NCBI RefSeq assembly: GCF_009914755.1
Contig: NC_060939.1
Length of the DNA: 64,000 nt
Origin: the human T2T-CHM13v2.0 reference genome, Homo sapiens
Direction: 5' to 3' (one strand)
Position 1 is the first letter of the stretch. Each line of letters begins with the position of its first letter. Below are positions 12,610 to 26,960 of the stretch, piece after piece. Both the position numbers and the translations under genes were made by a program. A model generated the notes under the pieces. It saw only the letters and a program-made list of their open reading frames with translations, ran no database searches and was not told the origin of the DNA.

Positions 12610-12645
12610 TTAGGTTGGTGCAAAAGTAATTGTGGCTTCTGCCAT
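12610..12645 (+). mobile_element. Half MADE1 (Hsmar1 TIR)
   Basis: TA then TTAGGTTGGTGCAAAAGTAATTGTGG. The second TIR is absent. Confidence 0.85.
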
Positions 12646-13679
12646 AAGCTCATATAAGATGAGAGTTTGATCTACAAGGGGGGATTATAGTTATTAAAGA
12701 GCATTAAACTGCTTTCTAATGTTCATCTATCCTTTCAAAAAATATTTATTGAGTGCTTACCTGTGTGAGGCATTGTTTATCTTGGAATCCCCAGTCTACA
12801 GGGACATGGCAATAACTGCCTGGTGTACACACTGGTCTATGTACTCTTGTCTTAGTGCATTGTCCCGGAGAATATACAATTCTCTTTCTAGTGATGAGTA
12901 ACTGTTTACTCCTACTCTTTGTTAAGACCTCAGGGTATGTATGTTCAGTATTCCATGGTAAGGAAGTCTGAATTCGATGGAGGATCACATGGGTTTCTTT
13001 TTTATTTTTTTCCCTCTAATGAATCTTGAATGACATTTCTTTTTCTTTAAGAGCATTTTCCCTACTTATTAAAGCAATAAGTTCTTGTGGAAAAGTGCTT
13101 AACATAACAGTTTCACGGCCAGCTTTCCCTTCCAGCTGATAACATCGCAGAGAAAGACGAACACAAGGCTTGGAAATTTGGGACTAAATGCTAACATGAT
13201 TTTTTAGATAAAAATGAATAGTAATAAAAGAAGTTTGAAATTTTATCATGAAGACTTAAGTGCATTTTTCAAGTGAGTTTCTACTTAGCTTTTTTTTCCC
13301 CCTCAATTCCCTTATCGCTGCAACTCAAATTTGAGGGACTTATCGTCTTCACTAATCCATCACTTGAGCTTCATTTTCATGATTTTCTGTGACTTGAGTA
13401 CTCCAACTATTTAGGGTTCCCCATACTGCCTCAGCATCAACATAATTTCACCTTCATAATTGATTGATTGTACCTTTCACAGAGAAAAATATGAATAAAG
13501 GCCTGGATTTTACTAGAATGTAAAAGATAATTGCTAATATAATAAAACACTTGGTAGGACTACTGCTCTCATGAAGTTTAACCTTCCAAGGCTTTCTAAA
13601 CTTAGTAAAATTATATTAGTCATCTCCTTGTTGTTACTATTATAATAATTTCTTAAAGATACGATGGTTGACTCAGGGT

Positions 13680-14060
13680 TATTCATTTTTTCATCATTCA
13701 TTCAGCTAGCATTTATTTATTAGCTGCTGTCTTCCAGACTTAGTGTCAGGTATTAAAAGGAAGAAGAACTAAACGTAATACTTATTTTTGTTATGAGCTC
13801 CTACTTGAGTTTCTTAAAGTTTGATTAGCATGTAAAGAAATATTTACAATACAGTAGATAAGAGCTATATGGCATCACAATGGGGAGAGCCATGGATATT
13901 TCGAAGACCCAGTCAAGTGGAAAGTTAGGTTCCAAAGAAAAAGTAGGAATTTAGGGGAGGAGTTCATATTTCAGGCAGAGAAGTGTTAGGCTTGGGCATA
14001 AGGAAAAGAATGTGCAGGAATTGCCCTGGGGAAGGCACAATTTCCCAGTAGCTGGCAGGT
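13680..14060 (-). mobile_element. L2 3' region
   Basis: ATTCATTCAGCTAGCATTTATT terminus followed by degenerate L2 sequence (TTCAGGCAGAG...). Confidence 0.6.
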
Positions 14061-14366
14061 ATTGGAGGAAGTGATTGAGGGGATATTAAGGGTTAGGATA
14101 CCGTTTAGTAATGAAGGTCCCCTGTGCCCTGCAAGGAGATTTGTGAGGTTCACCCCATCCCTCTGCATCCACCCCAGTGAAATCAATTTTCAGACTCTAT
14201 GTGGTCAATTAGCCTTATTAATTACAAACATTTTACTACTTTTTGAGTTTAGCCAGGCACATGATCACATCCATTTTATCTGTTACTATTTTGTTAAGCC
14301 ATTGCTTTTTATCTAGGTTATAAGAATAAGACAGTGAAAACTACCCTTCTATAATACAACCAAGTG

Positions 14367-15047
14367 CAGCAGTCCCCGTTTATCCACAATTTTGTTTTCC
14401 GCAGTTTCACTTACCTGTGGTCAATGGGGGTCTGAAAATAGGACATCACTACCTGTGTGCTTTGGGGCCATTATTAAGTCAAAGAAAGGTTAATTGAACA
14501 CAAGCACGGCAACAACAGGACAGTCAATCTGATAACAGAGATGGCTACTAAGTGAGTCATGGGCAGACAGTGCAGACAGCCGGGATCTGCTTCTCCAAGA
14601 AATGATTCATGTCCCACGTGCGACGGAGCAAGATGGCCCAAGATTTCATCACACTACTCAGAATGTGGCACAATTTAGAATTTATGAATTGTTTATTTCT
14701 GAAATTGCTCATTTACGTCACAATGCCTATAGCTATGCATCCCTTTATCTCATGACATAGACATTTTATATTTCACATCATCACAAAGAAAAGGGTGAGT
14801 ACAGTACAGCAAGATATTTTGAGAAAGAGAGAGAGACCACATCCATATACCTTTTATTACGTCATATTATTGTCATTGTTCTATTTTACTATTATTGCTG
14901 TTAATTTCTTATTGTGCCTAATTTATAAATCACACTTTATTATAGGCATGCATGTATAGGAAAAAATATAGTGTATATAGGATAGTGTATATATGTAGAT
15001 AGTGTGTAACTATCTATAGTTACAGGCATCCACTGAGAGTCTTGGAA
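14367..15047. mobile_element. MER44 (Tigger7-derived)
   Basis: CAGCAGTCCCCGTTTATCC...GGGTGAGTACAGTACAGCAAGATATTTTGAGA...CAGGCATCCACTGAGAGTCTTGGAA. Confidence 0.88.
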
Positions 15048-15240
15048 TTTATATGTATCTCTATATTATAGATATATAGATATATATAAATATACATATA
15101 TAGATATATGTATAACTTTATATTAAACAAATAATATAATATATAACATTACGTATTTATTGTTATGTATGTAATATATAATGTTCTATTATGTATTATA
15201 TACATTATACATAATGTATATAATATAATATATATAACTC
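15048..15240. repeat. AT-rich low-complexity (TA)n-like tract
   Basis: Degenerate TA repeats. Confidence 0.9.
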
Positions 15241-15725
15241 ATATCACCACAAAATGAAGTGTGTTTAAGGTTTTCCAGCCTATGATAATAGTACTTGTCC
15301 CAATTAAAAATAAGATTTAATATTTTAGCTGGCATAAAAGTAGACTTGAAGACAGAGGCAAATTTAAGACTCAGAAAACAATGCAGAATACAGAGCACTG
15401 AGGAGATGGAACTCGATGAAAAAAGCTTCAGGTGTGATCATCCAGATTCTAATTTGGATACTAAAATATCGGGTAGATTTCACCCGTGACTGAAAGTCAC
15501 AGAAATGCTCCGATGACATGAAATTTTTCACATGCGCTACAAATGTGGCTAACCAAAGTATTATGATTCTATGTGAGAATAAAAAAATTAAATGTATAGA
15601 CAACTAGAATTATTTTTCGATTATAGGACAAAGAGTCAACTGTTCTTGTAGATACTAAATTCAAGGGAAACTTAAGCTTATTTTGTTTCTCAAGGTGAAC
15701 AACTTAGAAATCTTCTAAGCTGCAA

Positions 15726-15756
<31 letters not shown>

Positions 15757-16179
15757 GAATATATATGTGTGAATATATATAAACCAATAAGCATTGACAC
15801 ACTGTCAAATGTACTTTTGTGACTTTTCTCTTAAAATACTCAAACAACCATATCTTTCTCTATTTCCTGCACAGGTGATTTTGCAAACTTGGTTAAATGA
15901 CACTTCTCAAAAATAAAATCTATTTGGAGAGAAAACTTTATGAAAAGGCAAATGTAGCAGCTAGTTCATTGCATCAGATCTACTGCAGTTCAAATGAAAA
16001 TGTGAAGAAATTCCTCGTGAAGAATCATGTCAAAAGTTTACATTTGAACTAGTTTCCAAGAGATCATATGCTTTAACTCCAAGTTAAATGATGTATGGGC
16101 CATATCTCATCTTTTTCCTCCTCCCCTACTTCAACCTTTTCCCCAGTAATACCACATCTCCCATACTCACTCCTTCACG

Positions 16180-16385
16180 CAAACACATAACACACACATA
16201 CCACCACTTCACATTCCTTCTCTCACACACATCACTCCACACACACACATACACCAGCACACACACATTCCATTCATTCACAATCATATATACACAAATA
16301 GACAAACACTACTCCACACTCACATACACATACACAGACACACACACACACCATGCTTTCAGATGTGCAAACACAAACACACACC
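16180..16385. repeat. Degenerate (CA)n low-complexity tract
   Basis: CA-rich run that explains the His/Thr-rich ORF 16088-16525. Confidence 0.9.
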
Positions 16386-16456
16386 TTTTGGACCTACTAT
16401 TTATTATATTATGCATCCCTGTAGGATTATGGCTTGGCTATCTCAAGTGTTTAGAG

Positions 16457-16629
16457 TTTTATTTTATTTTTATTTTTATTTTTTATTTATTTAGAGACAG
16501 AGTCTCACTCTGTCACCTAGGCTGAAGTACAGTTGTGTGATCATTGCTCACTGCAGCTTGAAACTCCTGGGCTCAAGCAATCCTCTTGACTCAGCCTACC
16601 AAGTAGCTGGGACTACAACACCCAGCTAA
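16457..16629 (-). mobile_element. Alu right monomer (FRAM or truncated AluJ)
   Basis: TTTTA tail, GAGACAGAGTCTCACTCTGTCACCTAGGCTG...CCCAGCTAA. Degenerate TSD AGTGTTTAGAGTT / AGTGTTTGGAATT. Confidence 0.9.
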
Positions 16630-17099
16630 CAGTGTTTGGAATTGAAAGTGTGCAGAGCAGAGAATCATGAGACAAAAAGAGAAAAGTTAAAGAATAAAAT
16701 TATTGACAATAGGTGCCCATCAAATTCTCATTCCTTCCTCCATGCTTGACAATTTCACATAGGCCTGCAAAGATTGGTTCTTACTTAAGAGTATATCAGA
16801 GAGATTCATGTCAAAGGCCCCCTTACCCCAACCTTGAGATTAAAGAAAATGCTATCTGCTGATGAAAGAAGACACATGAAGTATGGATCATGTAGAAACC
16901 AGTTTAATTTCAGCCTCTTCACAAAATAGCAGATTGGAATTTTCCTAGGAAGAGTTTGTATTTGTTTTGTTTTGTTACATTTTGTTTTCTAATTATAGAC
17001 TTAAAAAACAAAACTTAGAGACTAAAGGAGATAGACGGCTAGCATGAATGTAAACTAACAACTACTTTTTATATAGAGCAAATGGACAACATATATCAG

Positions 17100-17575
17100 A
17101 AGCCTTTATAATATAAAGCCCACTGATTTAGTAATTCAGATATGTAAAATGCCGACCAAGGAAATTATCCTAAGTAAAGAAATAAAGTTTTGTGTCTGAT
17201 GCCCTCATAGTGATCAATATTATATTGTTTACAGTGGCAAAAACTTGGATATAAGAAAATATCAACAACAGGGAAATGATTAGTAAATAATGAAGCATCC
17301 TCATAGTGGAACGATAAATAGCCATTAAACTCTGTCAGATTTTTTCTAGTAACAAAGAAAATGCATATAATAAAATTCAAAGTGTATGGCCAAATTTAAA
17401 ATACTGTATACAGACTGATCTCAATGATGAGACAAAGGCAAAATAAATAAATAATAAAAGATTGAAACCAAAATACCAGTGGAAGTCATCTGTAGGCAAT
17501 ATGATTGTGGATGTTTTCTTTTATACTTTTAAGTACTTCCCAAATTTTACACAATAAAAATGAATTAAATAAACT
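17100..17575 (+). mobile_element. Old L1ME-like 3' fragment
   Basis: AAATATCAACAACAGGGAAATGATTAGTAAATAATG... ending TTTTACACAATAAAAATGAATT. Confidence 0.6.
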
Positions 17576-18149
17576 GTATTCTAGAAACACAATGGGATTG
17601 ATTAGCTCTATTTATTCAGCTACATTGGTTTCCATTTTCCCAGTGGTTTTATTATCTAAATTACATTATGAATAGTGTGAAACGCTTAGAGACAACACGC
17701 GTGCTTTTGATATGCTGAAAACATATTTCTTAGAAAAGCCGAGATGTTAGGAGAAAGTACATCAAATGCAACTTCAAACTTGTAAAATCTAGCTTAATAC
17801 CAGTTTCTCATAGCTGGCATCTAGTTCCTAGAAAATGTGGGATGTTTCTATTACTGTTTGCAAGTTTTGAATGTTCTGAAATATTACCAAAGTTATACCA
17901 AAAATTCTAACAGTAGAAACAAACTATTACATTTACTTTTGTATCAAATGCAAAGTATGCATATGGAATGGATTAATCATTAATCACTTCTTCATTTACA
18001 AATCACTAGAGCTAATAAAATTATTTATAAATCACTAAGGCTAATAAAATTATTTTCTTTTTAGGATGAGGGAGACAAATATTAATTAAGGGCTTACTGT
18101 TCCAGAATGTGTTAGAGGTGCTTTAAATTCAGAGGTTATAACCCAGAGG

Positions 18150-18285
18150 TAAAGAGCTCATCCCCTGTCAATTACACAAAGCTGGGTTTAGTTCTCAGCT
18201 CAAGTACACAGTGTGACCCTGGGCAAATAATGTATCAGGTGCCGAATTCCTTATTTACAAAACTGGTATGGCAATGGCAGTGATT
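18150..18285 (+). mobile_element. MIR fragment
   Basis: GTGTGACCCTGGGCAAAT...TTCCTTATTTACAAAA. Confidence 0.6.
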
Positions 18286-19212
18286 TCATTTGAGCCAAAG
18301 ACAGAAGAAGCCATTTGTGCAAAGCCTCCCCAGAAACACAGCCTAGGGCCCATTCCTGTGAGTCATCCAGGGAGGCTAGAGGTTAGGGTACAGGTGGAAA
18401 CAGAAGAGGCAGCAGGTGACGTTAGGCAGGAGGGCACCGGATTGAATGCCACTAGGTTTCGATTTTATCCTGAGGGCACTAGGGCACCATTGACTGGATG
18501 AAGTGAGAGGGATATGCTTTGTAAGCATTTCTGGAATTATAGTGCGGGGTGCTGAAAACTACTCTGCTTAAATGGCCAAGAACACATGTATCTTTGTTGT
18601 AGGTCACAATTGTATAGCATGACATGTTATAAGAGGTACAGAAAGTCTTTAGGGCAGCCTTTTTGATCTCCTGGGTATTGGGGAAATAAGGAAGGGTCCT
18701 ATCCCTGGCTTCATGTTTTCCTGTGGATGGAGGGCCCGTGGCAAAGCTATCTAGTCCTTTCCTCCACTCCCTCCTCCCCAAGGGTGGAGCTGACTTACCT
18801 GATGAATGATGAGCCTGGCAGGGGGAACCAAGCCTACCTGGCTCAGCTGCTTCCTGATCAACCACTCCTGAAAAGGACTTACATTCTCTTGACCTTGCAG
18901 TTGACTTAGCAGAGAAGGCCTCGTCCTGACCAGGAAATCCCTGGTTTCCAGTGCTGTCTGTCACAGAGTGGTGAGTTGAATTCAGAGAAGAACCTCTTCG
19001 CTACCAGACCTAAGGCAACCTTCTCCCACCCAACCTGAATAAAGGTAATATTTTGATCTCCAGCTATGCAATTCCTGTCTTTCTAAGTTAGCTCAGAATT
19101 AGCCCTCCACAAAGCCCCACAATGGTTCTAAGAGCAAACCCTGTATCAAGAACTTCGGTTTTGAAGGTGCTTAGCACGGAATGAATATTTTCCACCAGTA
19201 GAGTAGAGCAGC

Positions 19213-19517
19213 TTTTTTGTTTGTTTGTTTTGTTTTAAGACGGAGTCTCCCTCTGCCACCCAGGCTAGAGTGCAATGGCACGATCTCGGTTCACTTCAAA
19301 CTCCACCTGTCAGATTCAAGCGATTCTCCTGCCTCAGCCTCCTGAGTAGCTGGGATTACAGGCACCCACCATCATGCCTGGCTAATTTTTGCATTTTTAT
19401 AGAGACAGGGTTTCACCATGTTGGCCAGGCTGGTCTTGAACTCCTGACCTCAGGTGTTCTGCCCGCCTTGGTCTCCTGAAATACTGAGATTACAGGCATG
19501 AGCCACCAAGCCTGGCT
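19213..19517 (-). mobile_element. Alu (AluSx/Sz-type)
   Basis: Full dimer. TSD-like AGAGCAGCTTT / AGAACAGCTTT. Confidence 0.96.
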
Positions 19518-21375
19518 GAGAACAGCTTTATAATACTTGTTAGAGAGAACATAACAGCTGCCTTATATGCTAGACATATTACAGTATGGTCATATAATTC
19601 TCTTTCAAGAGATGAGGTAGGATTTATTTTCTATCTAAATCCATGTAACGATGAGCTGTGAGAGCAGACGGTCCTTCTGAATATATGAAAATACCACTGA
19701 GCAGAACTGTCTTGTTCTTGCATGCTATTAAAATGCTGTCAATTTGCAACAACAGGATGGCTAAAACACCCCTGATGTCATCAGACATTATGCTAGCATC
19801 AGCCAAGGAATCGCGGTCAATTTTGTTCATAATGACCATAGTGTGTTCACTGCTCTAGAAAGATATGTTAGGGCTGATGGAATTTTCACTAATATAATTA
19901 TGATGTTTGCTATGCATTAATTCCCAGTGGATGAACAAAAGATCAAGTTGTTTTGCCAAATGCGTAATCGACAATGAAAAAGTAACCACTGTTTTGCAAC
20001 TGGTACCAAAGTTGATTCAGCAAAGCATGACCTTAGTTCTTAAGTGTTTTTTTTATCTTATTATACGGCATTTCACCCGTGGAGAAACACTATGGACATT
20101 TTACAAAGTTAGGCTGCAATGAGCATAATAAGGAATTTGGGGTGTCATTTAGAGAATTGGGAACCACTCAAGGGAGTTCGTTCTGTAGAATTAGTTTAGT
20201 AGCATTGTAGGAATAAATGGACTGAACAAATCACTTCTAAAACAGGATACTTATACCAAATTTCCAAACTATTTTAAGTTGTCACATTGAATTTCTATGC
20301 TAAACAGCAAACAACCAAACCTACCAGTAAGATTTCAGTGACTGAGGAGTGTGCGTTTTCCAATTCTGTAACCTGACACTGGAGATTCCTTCTCTTTCCA
20401 CATTAACAGGTTTTATATTTCTAAGTGACGTGATGAAGCCCATTAAATTGTCATTATGCTCCTGGCTTCAATCCACCAAATTTGGGGAGAACAAATTATA
20501 TTCTTTATTTTATCAGTCTTGCTTAGGGATTACTTACAAAGTCAATTGGTCCTCCATCTAGAATAGCAAGAATACGCATACACATAAAAAAGGCACATTT
20601 TTAAAGAAACGAGCAGAAAAGTTACCTTTTTTCCAAACCTTCATCAGTTCTTTAATTTTGCCATTACAAGGCTATGACATTTCACAATAAAAACAGTCTT
20701 AAACAGTGGCAAAGAATTCGGACACCTACAATAGCATAACACCGTGTTTCAGTAATTTAGCAAGGGCATGATTAATTCAATAGTGGCACTACCAAAAAAA
20801 GAGCAACAATTACTCTTTTACTGCAAATACAAATGATTGTCTATCATCCTTATTAATTATTGTTATTACATTATAATAAGAATATTTGATGGTTTCTGGA
20901 TGGTTAGGCGGTGAGCTGTGTTCTTTCCCTCATTCAAATACAGCTGCTTTCTTTCTTCCACAGAGCTTGTCTCTACACAATGTTTTTGCTATACCTCTTT
21001 TGCAATGAATGAATTTGCTTAAAGGTAGAAAATATTTCTTTACTACACATAAGGTCTGCAGATTTTGGACAGAGTCATGTTGCACTCGTTATATTTCTTC
21101 AAAGTTACGACCACTCTTACTTATAATTGTGTATATTGTGTTCCCTCACCCTAAAACACTCTTCCCTCTCTCCTCTATCTAGTCTCTTTCTGTCTAGATA
21201 ACTCCTATCTCACCTGCAAGCATTAGCTCAGATACCACCTTCCTTCCTTCTACTCACTGTGTTAATTTGCTCTCATAGGCAGTCTCACAGCATCACTTGT
21301 GAAACTTACACAGCAATTGTTGAGTCGTTACCCTCTTCGGGAGGAGAAAGCCATTATCATAGGTATCTTAGCATA

Positions 21376-21863
21376 TGTATCGGGTCCTCTCAGCTTCACC
21401 TGTGTTCAGAATCTTTGGCTACATATCTCAGCTAACACTGGAGAGACCCATTTGTGGGAGGACTCTTCCGGGCATTGCAGAGGCACAGGCTCACTTCATA
21501 CCTATCCTTCACCAAGTCTTCATTACTGAGGCTGATACATATCCAAAAATGCAGGAGAATTAGCACTCTGTGTGGCCAACTTTTGTCCAGTGGAAGACCT
21601 GAGCCAATGGATAAAGTCTTCTTTCCTCCTCTAGATGTGACTATTCTGAGGCACAGCCATTTAAGTGATTTCTTGGAAAGCAGTTATGCAAGATCAGTTA
21701 TAATAGCTAGCTCCACAAGTAACCCTAATATGGGTTCTTCTTCTTTTCTCCTCTGTTCTCTTTTTCTCTCACTTTTGCTTTCCTAGGATTGTACTTCATA
21801 ACAAAGGGAGCACATTAAGTCATTGTCTGAGGCTCTGTCTGCTGGGGAACCCAGGTTATGACA
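21376..21863 (+). mobile_element. ERVL solo LTR (LTR16/LTR33-type)
   Basis: TG...CA ends with the family terminus GAGGCTCTGTCTGCTGGGGAACCCAGGTTATGACA. Confidence 0.7.
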
Positions 21864-22484
21864 GGCAGTAACTAGGATATAGTAGTTGTTTAATAAAGGG
21901 TTGTTAACTAAATTAATAAATACTTCTAGAATCAAAACTACTTTCTTAAATATTTATTGATAGTTCAAAATCTCATACTTTCCTTAAGAAACCCAAAGGG
22001 TTTGAGGTGCAATTTGTCATAACACTTGGATATCAAACATATGATAGAGAGTAGGTTACTGGCAAGAAAAGACACTGGGAGACACAAGTGTGGTTTTAGT
22101 CACTTGCTTACCCACTAACACCATGAACTTGCTCATGTCAGCTAAATATTTTGAGATATGGTATCCATATCTCAAATGAGATATGATATAGGTTTCTCAC
22201 CTATAAAGTGAGAAACCAGATGAAATTTGCCTTTCTCAGCCTAAACTATACTGTGTCCTTACAAACTAGATCCATTACCCAAATTCCAAGTCTGGGGTAG
22301 AATGTGAGAAAAACAGAATACAAATGACTGAGATGTAAATTTCTAAGGGGACTAGTCAGAGGGGAGAATAGTCACAGAGAAGTACAGTTTGCCTCACTAA
22401 TCTGTGGATCTTTGCCTGGAAATATCAGACAGGATAATGACCCCCATTCCTTTCAGATTCAAAATTCCACAAATTGTTGGAATA

Positions 22485-24956
22485 CTGGCAGGCAGCAAAG
22501 ATGTTGTGGGTTCAGTTCCAGACCACCGCCATAAAGTGAATATTGCAATAAAGCAAATCACACAAATTCTTTGGTGCATATAAATGTTTTGCACATAAAA
22601 GTTATGTTTATACTGTACTGTAATCTAGTAAATGTACAGTAGCATTATGCTTAGAAAACAATGTGCACACCTGAATTAAAAATCCTTTGTTGCTAAAAAA
22701 TGCTAACAATTATCTAAGCCTTCAGCAAGTCATAATCTTTTTGCTAGTAGAGAGTCTTTCTTTCACGTTGATGGCTGCTGACTGATCAGGGTGTAGTGGC
22801 TGAAGGTTGGGTGGTTGTGGCAATTTCTTAAAATAAGACAACAATAAAGTTTGCTACATTGATTGACTCTGCCTTTCATAAAAGATGATTCTGTAGCATG
22901 TGACATTGTTTCACAGCATTTTACCCAAAGTAGAATTTCTTTCAAAATTAAGAGTCAATCCTCTCAAATCCTGCCACTGCTTTCTCAACTACATTTGTGT
23001 AATATTCTATATCTTCTGTTTTTATTTCAAAAATGTTCATAGCATCTTCACCATGAGCAAACCCATCTCAAGAGACCACATTTTTTGCTCATTCATAGGA
23101 AGCAGCATCTTATCCCTTTATGTTTTATTATGAGATTGCAGCAATTCAATCGCATCTTCATGCTCCACTTCTAATTTTAGTGCTCTTCCTATTACCACCA
23201 CATCTGCAGTTACTTTTCCCACTGACGTCTTGAACTCATCAACATCATCTGTGAGGGTTGGAATCAACTTTTTGCAAACTTCTGTTAATGTTGATATTTT
23301 GACCTCTCCCCATGAATCAGTAATGTTTTTGATGGCATCTAGAATTGGTAATCCATTTCAGAAGATTTTCAATGTACTTTGCCCAGATCCATCAGAGAAA
23401 TCACAATCTATGACAGCAACAGCCTCACAAAACGTAATTCTTAAATAAGAAGACTTGAAAGTCAGAATTACTCCATGATCCACAAGCTGCAGAATGGACA
23501 TTGTGTTCGCAGGCCTGAAAACATCAATTTCCTTGAACATCTCCATCAGAGCTCTTGGGTAACAAGACATATTGTCAGTGAGCAGTAACATTTTTAAAGG
23601 AATATTTTCTTTCGAACAGTAGGTTTCAACAGCGGGCTTAAAATACTCACTAAACCGTGTTGTAATCAGATGTGCTGTCATCCAGAGTTTGTTGTTTCAT
23701 TTATAAGAGCACTATAAGCAGAGTAGATTTAGCATAATTCTTTAGGGCCCTAGGATTTGGGGAATGGTAAATAAGCATTGGCTTCAACTTAAAGTCATCA
23801 GCAGCACTAGACCCTAACAAGAGAGTCAGCCTGTCTTTCGAAGCTTTAAATCCAGGCATTGGCATCTCCTCTCTAACTATGTAAGTCCTAGAAGGCATCT
23901 TCTTCCAATAAAAGGCTGTTTTATTTACATTGAAAATCTGTTGTTTGGTGTTTAGCCACCTTCATCAATGATCTTATCACTTCATTGATCAATGATCAAT
24001 GAAGAGTTTAACCACCTTCATCAATGATCATAGTTAGATCTTCTAAATAACTTGTTGCAACTCCTGTATCAGCACTTGCTGCTTCACCTTGCGCTTTTAC
24101 GGTATGAAGACAGTACCTTTCCTTAAACCTCATGGACCAATCTCTGCTAGCCTCAAACTTTTCTTTTGCAGTTTCCTTACGTCTCTCAGACTTCATAGAA
24201 TTAAAGAGAGTTAGGGTTTTGCTCTGGATTAGGCTTTGGCTAAGGAGGATGTTATGGCAGGTTTGATCTTCTATCCAGACCATTCAAACTTTCACCATAT
24301 CAGCAATAAAGATGTTTCACTTTCTTATCATTCATGTGTTCACTGGAGTAGCACTTTTCATTTCCTACACAGACTTTTCCTTTGTATTCACAACTTGGCT
24401 GTTTGGTGCAAGCAGCCTAGGTTTCGCCCTATCTTGACTTTTGACATGCCTTCTTCACTAAGCTTAATCATTTCTATCTTTTAGTTGAAAGTGATAGATG
24501 TGGGAATCTTCGTTTATTTGAACACTTAGAAGCCATTGTAGAGTTATTAGTTGGCCTAATTTCAGTATTGGTGTATCTCAAGGAATAGGCAGGCCTAAGG
24601 AGAAGGAGAAAGATGGGAGAACAACCAGCTGATGGATCAGCCAGAACACACAAAACATTTATCAGTTAAGTTCATCTTCTTACATGGGAGCAGTTCTTGG
24701 TGCCCCCAAGTAATTACAATAGTGCCATTAAAAGTCACTGATCACAAATCACGACAATAGACATAATAATAAAAATGGTTTGAAATACTGTGAGAATTCA
24801 CAAAATGTGACATAGAGCCACAAAAAATATATGGTTTTGGGAAGATGGCACCAACAGACATGCTCAATGCAGAGTTGCCACAAACTTTCAATTTGTAAAA
24901 ACTGCACTGCCTGTGAAGCACAATAAAGCAAAGCAAAGTTAAGTGAGGCTTGCCTG
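22485..24956 (-). mobile_element. Tigger1 DNA transposon, near full length, decayed pogo-type transposase
   Basis: TA flanks at 22483-84 and 24957-58. TIR GAGGCTTGCCTG at the right end. Transposase fragments [50 protein letters not shown] and [14 protein letters not shown]...[14 protein letters not shown] are broken by stops and frameshifts. Confidence 0.97.
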
Positions 24957-25128
24957 TACTTCAAAAAATATCCTATCTAATTGGAAAGAGTGAATTTACA
25001 TAAGTAAAATAATTTTAAATTGTTATATTAATAAGTGCAGAAAGAAAATATTCAAAAGTGAAGAAAGAGAATGCAAGCCAAAGAACACTAATAAGTCACA
25101 AAGCCTTTTTCAAATGTTTAGCATATTA

Positions 25129-25131
<3 letters not shown>

Positions 25132-25178
<47 letters not shown>
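25132..25178. repeat. (CA)n microsatellite, about 23 units
   Basis: Pure CA run. Confidence 0.98.
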
Positions 25179-25181
<3 letters not shown>

Positions 25182-25464
25182 GCATTCTTATAAGAGTAGG
25201 CATTCTTACCAAGTCTTTGTAAATGATAAATCAGCTCTTGTTTACAGTTCAAATCGATATTGGGCCAATGCCTCAATAAAGGATGAAGGATGTGCTTAGG
25301 CTGTTCTACTAAATCTCCATTTTAGATCATTGTAACTTCTTATTCTCTTTTACACCCACTTTAAGTGATCATAGATTGATTAAATACCCTAGACAAAAAT
25401 TAGAGTCAAGTTATTTGAAGGCAAAAGGAAGACTCATATATTAGTATTAGTAGAGAAAGAATTC

Positions 25465-26960
<1,496 letters not shown>

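Noticed and set aside
19624-19870. Minus-strand coding exon (ctaacatatctttctag|SSEHTMVIMNKIDRD...)
   Set aside because: The branch point is very close to the AG, the donor GTG|GTATTT is weak and the peptide is not recognised. More likely non-coding unique sequence.
23358-24283. Functional transposase or TIGD1-like gene
   Set aside because: The reading frame is fragmented by stops, frameshifts and an insertion.
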